This document shows, in pieces, positions 56,056 to 58,538 of a DNA stretch of 58,538 nucleotides. The position numbers and the translations under genes were made by a program. Where the stretch lies: IMG/VR virus record IMGVR_UViG_3300028591_000120; one strand, given 5' to 3'. Source of the stretch: an uncultured virus (IMG/VR IMGVR_UViG_3300028591_000120). Lineage: Duplodnaviria > Heunggongvirae > Uroviricota > Caudoviricetes. Position 1 is the first letter of the stretch, and the number at the start of each line of letters is the position of its first letter. The notes beneath the pieces were generated by a model that ran no database searches, had not been told where the DNA came from, and worked only from the letters and a program-made list of their open reading frames with translations.

Positions 56056-56178
56056 AGGAAACAATTAAATACGTTGCTCTACCAGACTGAGCTATAAAGA
56101 GTTTTATCTCTTCAATTGGATTTGAACCAATGACCTACGGGTTACAAGCCAATTTTTTTTATTTGCTGTTAGTTTCCT
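56056..56178 (-). ncRNA. ACAGCAA-stem element D: circularly permuted tRNA mimic (YrlA-like order)
   Basis: AGGAAAC-TA-ACAGCAA...GG-CT-TGT-AA-CCCGT-AGGTC-[T-arm]-TGAAGAG-ATAAAA-CTCTTTA-TA-[D-arm]-A-ACG...GTTTCCT. Confidence 0.8.
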
Positions 56179-56255
56179 TGGTAGGAGATATCCGGCTTGA
56201 ACGGATGACATCCATCTTGTAAGGGTGGCGCTCTGACCAACTGAGCTAATCTCCT
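56179..56255 (-). tRNA. tRNA-Val(TAC)
   Basis: AGGAGAT/ATCTCCT-A-CCA; CCACC-CT-TAC-AA-GATGG. Confidence 0.9.
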
Positions 56256-56258
56256 ATT

Positions 56259-56783
56259 TTAAAGCGAATCTACATACTCATCAATGTCATTATTATTAGA
56301 ATTGGCCATTAATATAGTTAATGTTTTAACTTCATGTTTGAAATCAAACCATACTGTAACATATGGCTCATGTTCATCTGTTCTATAGCCTTCTTTGCTG
56401 AATTTAATTTCTATATATTTCTGTACTTTTCTTTCGGATTTATCCAAGTCACTCCAATCAAACGCTTCTGATATTGCGCTCATCCTGGATGGAACAGAAT
56501 CATTCTTTTTAATCTTTGTTTTGGCTATGTTTTTCATGTGCGCCTTTAATTCTGATTTCCAGTAGTTTATGCTGATGTTGTCATCGCCAATTAATCTAGA
56601 ATATCTAATCAGGCACCAATTTTCACATATTTGCTGAAGTAAATTGAAACAGTTTTCCACAAACTTTTGCCTTGGTAAAGCATATTCCAATATCAAAGGT
56701 ATCACCTTTTTAATTTCATCTTTGATTAAATGATGCAATTCTGCCTCGGTAAGCCTTATATATTTACCATTTACCTTTTTCAT
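56259..56783 (-). CDS. hypothetical protein
   Basis: Likely start MKKVNGKYIRLTEAELH at 56783; the track extension runs through tRNA-Phe. Confidence 0.7.
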   Translation of the reverse strand: MKKVNGKYIRLTEAELHHLIKDEIKKVIPLILEYALPRQKFVENCFNLLQQICENWCLIRYSRLIGDDNISINYWKSELKAHMKNIAKTKIKKNDSVPSRMSAISEAFDWSDLDKSERKVQKYIEIKFSKEGYRTDEHEPYVTVWFDFKHEVKTLTILMANSNNNDIDEYVDSL

Positions 56784-56807
56784 AATGCATGTTTTTATTT
56801 TTTTTTG

Positions 56808-56881
56808 TTGGGAAGGGGTTATCGAAAACACCGCTTCTGGTTTTTCAGACCAGTATGACCTACCAACTACATCACTTCCCA
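56808..56881 (-). tRNA. tRNA-Phe(GAA), atypical T-arm
   Basis: TGGGAAG/CTTCCCA acceptor; CTGGT-CT-GAA-AA-ACCAG. Confidence 0.78.
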
Positions 56882-57223
56882 GTATATGTGACGTTTTATT
56901 AGGCGGAGTGCGCCACCTTACTCTCCATGTTAATTGAACTTGCTTAACGCTTAGTCCACCAGCTGTAGCCGCATGCGCCAACTACTGCTCCGAAAATAAA
57001 TGTAAACATAATTTAAAACGTTTTAAGTTAGACATTTTTTTTGAAAACTTCTATATAGTATTTATATACTCATGTATAGTTTCTTTGTTACCATATGCCA
57101 TTTGATTTATAATATCATTCATTGACATTTGAAATTCTTTAATTCTCGAATTATTTGCTTTATATCATTGTCAATTAATCTACCAATTTCACTTTTATCT
57201 GACTTTCTCATAATAATAAATTG

Positions 57224-57851
57224 TGCGCCCGCTGGGGCTCGAACCCAGGACCCCCACATTCTTGCCACTCTATGTTACCATAGCCAAACAAACGCATTTT
57301 GTCGTTTAAAGCCGAGCAAATTTTTAACTTCCATCTGATTTCACCCTTCAAAAAAGTTAATGCAGACTTTTGTTTGTTGTGGTCTGGAATACATCTTTAC
57401 CATATTGAAATTCTTGCAAGATGTGAGTGTAGTTTCTATAACTACCAAGAGCAGTCCCAATACTGCCGCTTCCAACGTCTTAAGGTTTTAACTTTAAACT
57501 CACAAATTTCAACTTAGGCGTCCCCTGTATACTCTCTACACATTTATGAGAAGAAAGCCTTTTAGTTCTCCATTTTACATCATAAGATGAGGATAAGACT
57601 TTTTTATGTGAATGAAACTTCTCAACTTAGCACGGTATAATCCTTACACATTATTGGTTAGTGTTGTGTTAGTTCGCCTCAAGGTAGCACAGATAAATCC
57701 GTGTCGTTCTTTAGGCTACCACTCGTAGGTTTAATGACTAACTCCATTAAAAGGACTTCCACCGTTTTAGGGGGAATCTCACATGGACTTTCGTGCCATA
57801 TGATTCAATTTTTTAAAAGTGTGGTGCATCTACCATCTGAGCTACGAGCGC
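57224..57851 (-). tRNA. tRNA-Lys(TTT) split by a group I intron
   Basis: Exons 57815-57851 and 57224-57260 join to CCACA-CT-TTT-AA-TGTGG; acceptor GCGCTCG/CGGGCGC. Confidence 0.88.
57261..57814 (-). mobile_element. group I intron (554 nt) with large peripheral insertions, no ORF
   Basis: Exon U / terminal G; P-like CTAAAACGGTGGAA, Q-like TACCGTGCTAAG, R GTAGAGAGTATACAGG, S AAAGATGTATTCC. Confidence 0.85.
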
Positions 57852-57866
57852 ATCTTTTTATTTCAG

Positions 57867-57919
57867 CGGATGAAGGAGGATTCAAACCTCCGAGTCGCTA
57901 TTCACGACTGCCGGTTTTC
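57867..57919 (-). tRNA. 3' exon of tRNA-Ser (probably TGA); 5' exon beyond window
   Basis: GA-AA-ACCGG, long variable arm AGTCG-TGAATAG-CGACT, GGAGG-TTTGAAT-CCTCC, G73. Confidence 0.75.
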
Positions 57920-58538
57920 CTTACTACTCTATGTTGCCATAGCCAAACAATGTTTATTATTTAAACTTCATCAGCCGTTGGGCGTCAGGTGAGCCTTTCA
58001 CTCACAGTCTTTGTTTGTTGTGGTCTGGAATACATCTTTACCATATTGAAATTCTTGCAAGATGTGAGTGTAGTTTCTATAACTACCAAGAGCAGTCCCA
58101 ATACTGCCGCTTCCAACGTCTTAAGGTTTTAACTTTAAACTCACAAATTTCAACTTAGGCGTCCCCTGTATACTCTCTACACATTTATGAGAAATACAAT
58201 ATTGACAATTATGCATCATTGTCTTTTTACATACTTTTGGATATTCTGTATGCTTATTGTAATTAAACAACTTTAGCTCTATGCTTTCTGTTCTATCATG
58301 TTACAATACATAATCCCTAAGAAGGGTTAGGCTTAACGAATTATTCTTTTATTTCATTCGCCCTCTTGCTACGATAGCAAGCCTGTGATTACTCGCATTG
58401 ATGTTTAATAATTCTCAACTTAGCACGGTATAATCCTTACACATTATTGGTTAGTGTTGTGTTAGTTCGCCTCAAGGTAGCACAGATAAATCCGTGTCGT
58501 TCTTTAGGCTACCACTCGTAGGTTTAATGACTAACTCC
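57920..58538 (-). mobile_element. group I intron (partial), near-identical core to the tRNA-Lys intron
   Basis: Blocks ~58011-58193 and ~58412-58538 match ~57369-57552 and ~57619-57746; ends ...GAGTAGTAAG. Confidence 0.85.

Noticed and set aside
56784..56981. N-terminal extension of ORF 56259..56981
   Set aside because: It runs through tRNA-Phe and a structured element; ATG 56783 is the plausible start.
3790..57964. The many 60-180 aa plus-strand ORFs in the track
   Set aside because: They lie antisense to well-supported minus-strand genes or RNAs and lack recognisable motifs.
1..58538. CRISPR array or cas genes
   Set aside because: No regularly spaced repeat-spacer array seen; the periodic repeats are coding (LRR, DUF723), and the two RuvC proteins are ~400-aa TnpB.

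Overview
AT-rich, mostly minus-strand segment of a very large (jumbo/mega) phage that very probably infects a Bacteroidota host such as Prevotella. Support: repeated TAnnTTTG/TTTG promoters, a GE-type tmRNA tag, and an overall resemblance to Lak-like megaphages. The left ~45 kb is a dense accessory region. It encodes NAD/ADP-ribose enzymes (NADAR, PARG-type macrodomain, NadD, PncB, PncA, Nudix), an RNA ligase, a CCA-adding enzyme, three DNA methyltransferases, two DUF723-type endonucleases, an SF2-like helicase, phosphoesterases, an M20/M28 peptidase and several expanded paralog families. The right ~14 kb is a tRNA/ncRNA cluster with about a dozen tRNAs (three split by group I introns), tmRNA, two TnpB elements and several unexplained structured RNAs; two internally deleted TnpB derivatives lie just to its left. 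Top candidates for new biology: (1) a ~365-nt RNA whose two ends rebuild the L11-binding/GTPase-associated domain of 23S rRNA around a ~297-nt insert; (2) four RNAs sharing a closing stem plus an ACAGCAA motif, each carrying different tRNA-derived cargo, one being a circularly permuted YrlA-like tRNA mimic; (3) evidence that TAG is read as Gln, alongside a D-armless CUA-anticodon tRNA-like gene; (4) a deamidating PncA-PncB-NadD NAD+ salvage route. All calls come from reading the sequence by eye; no database searches were run.
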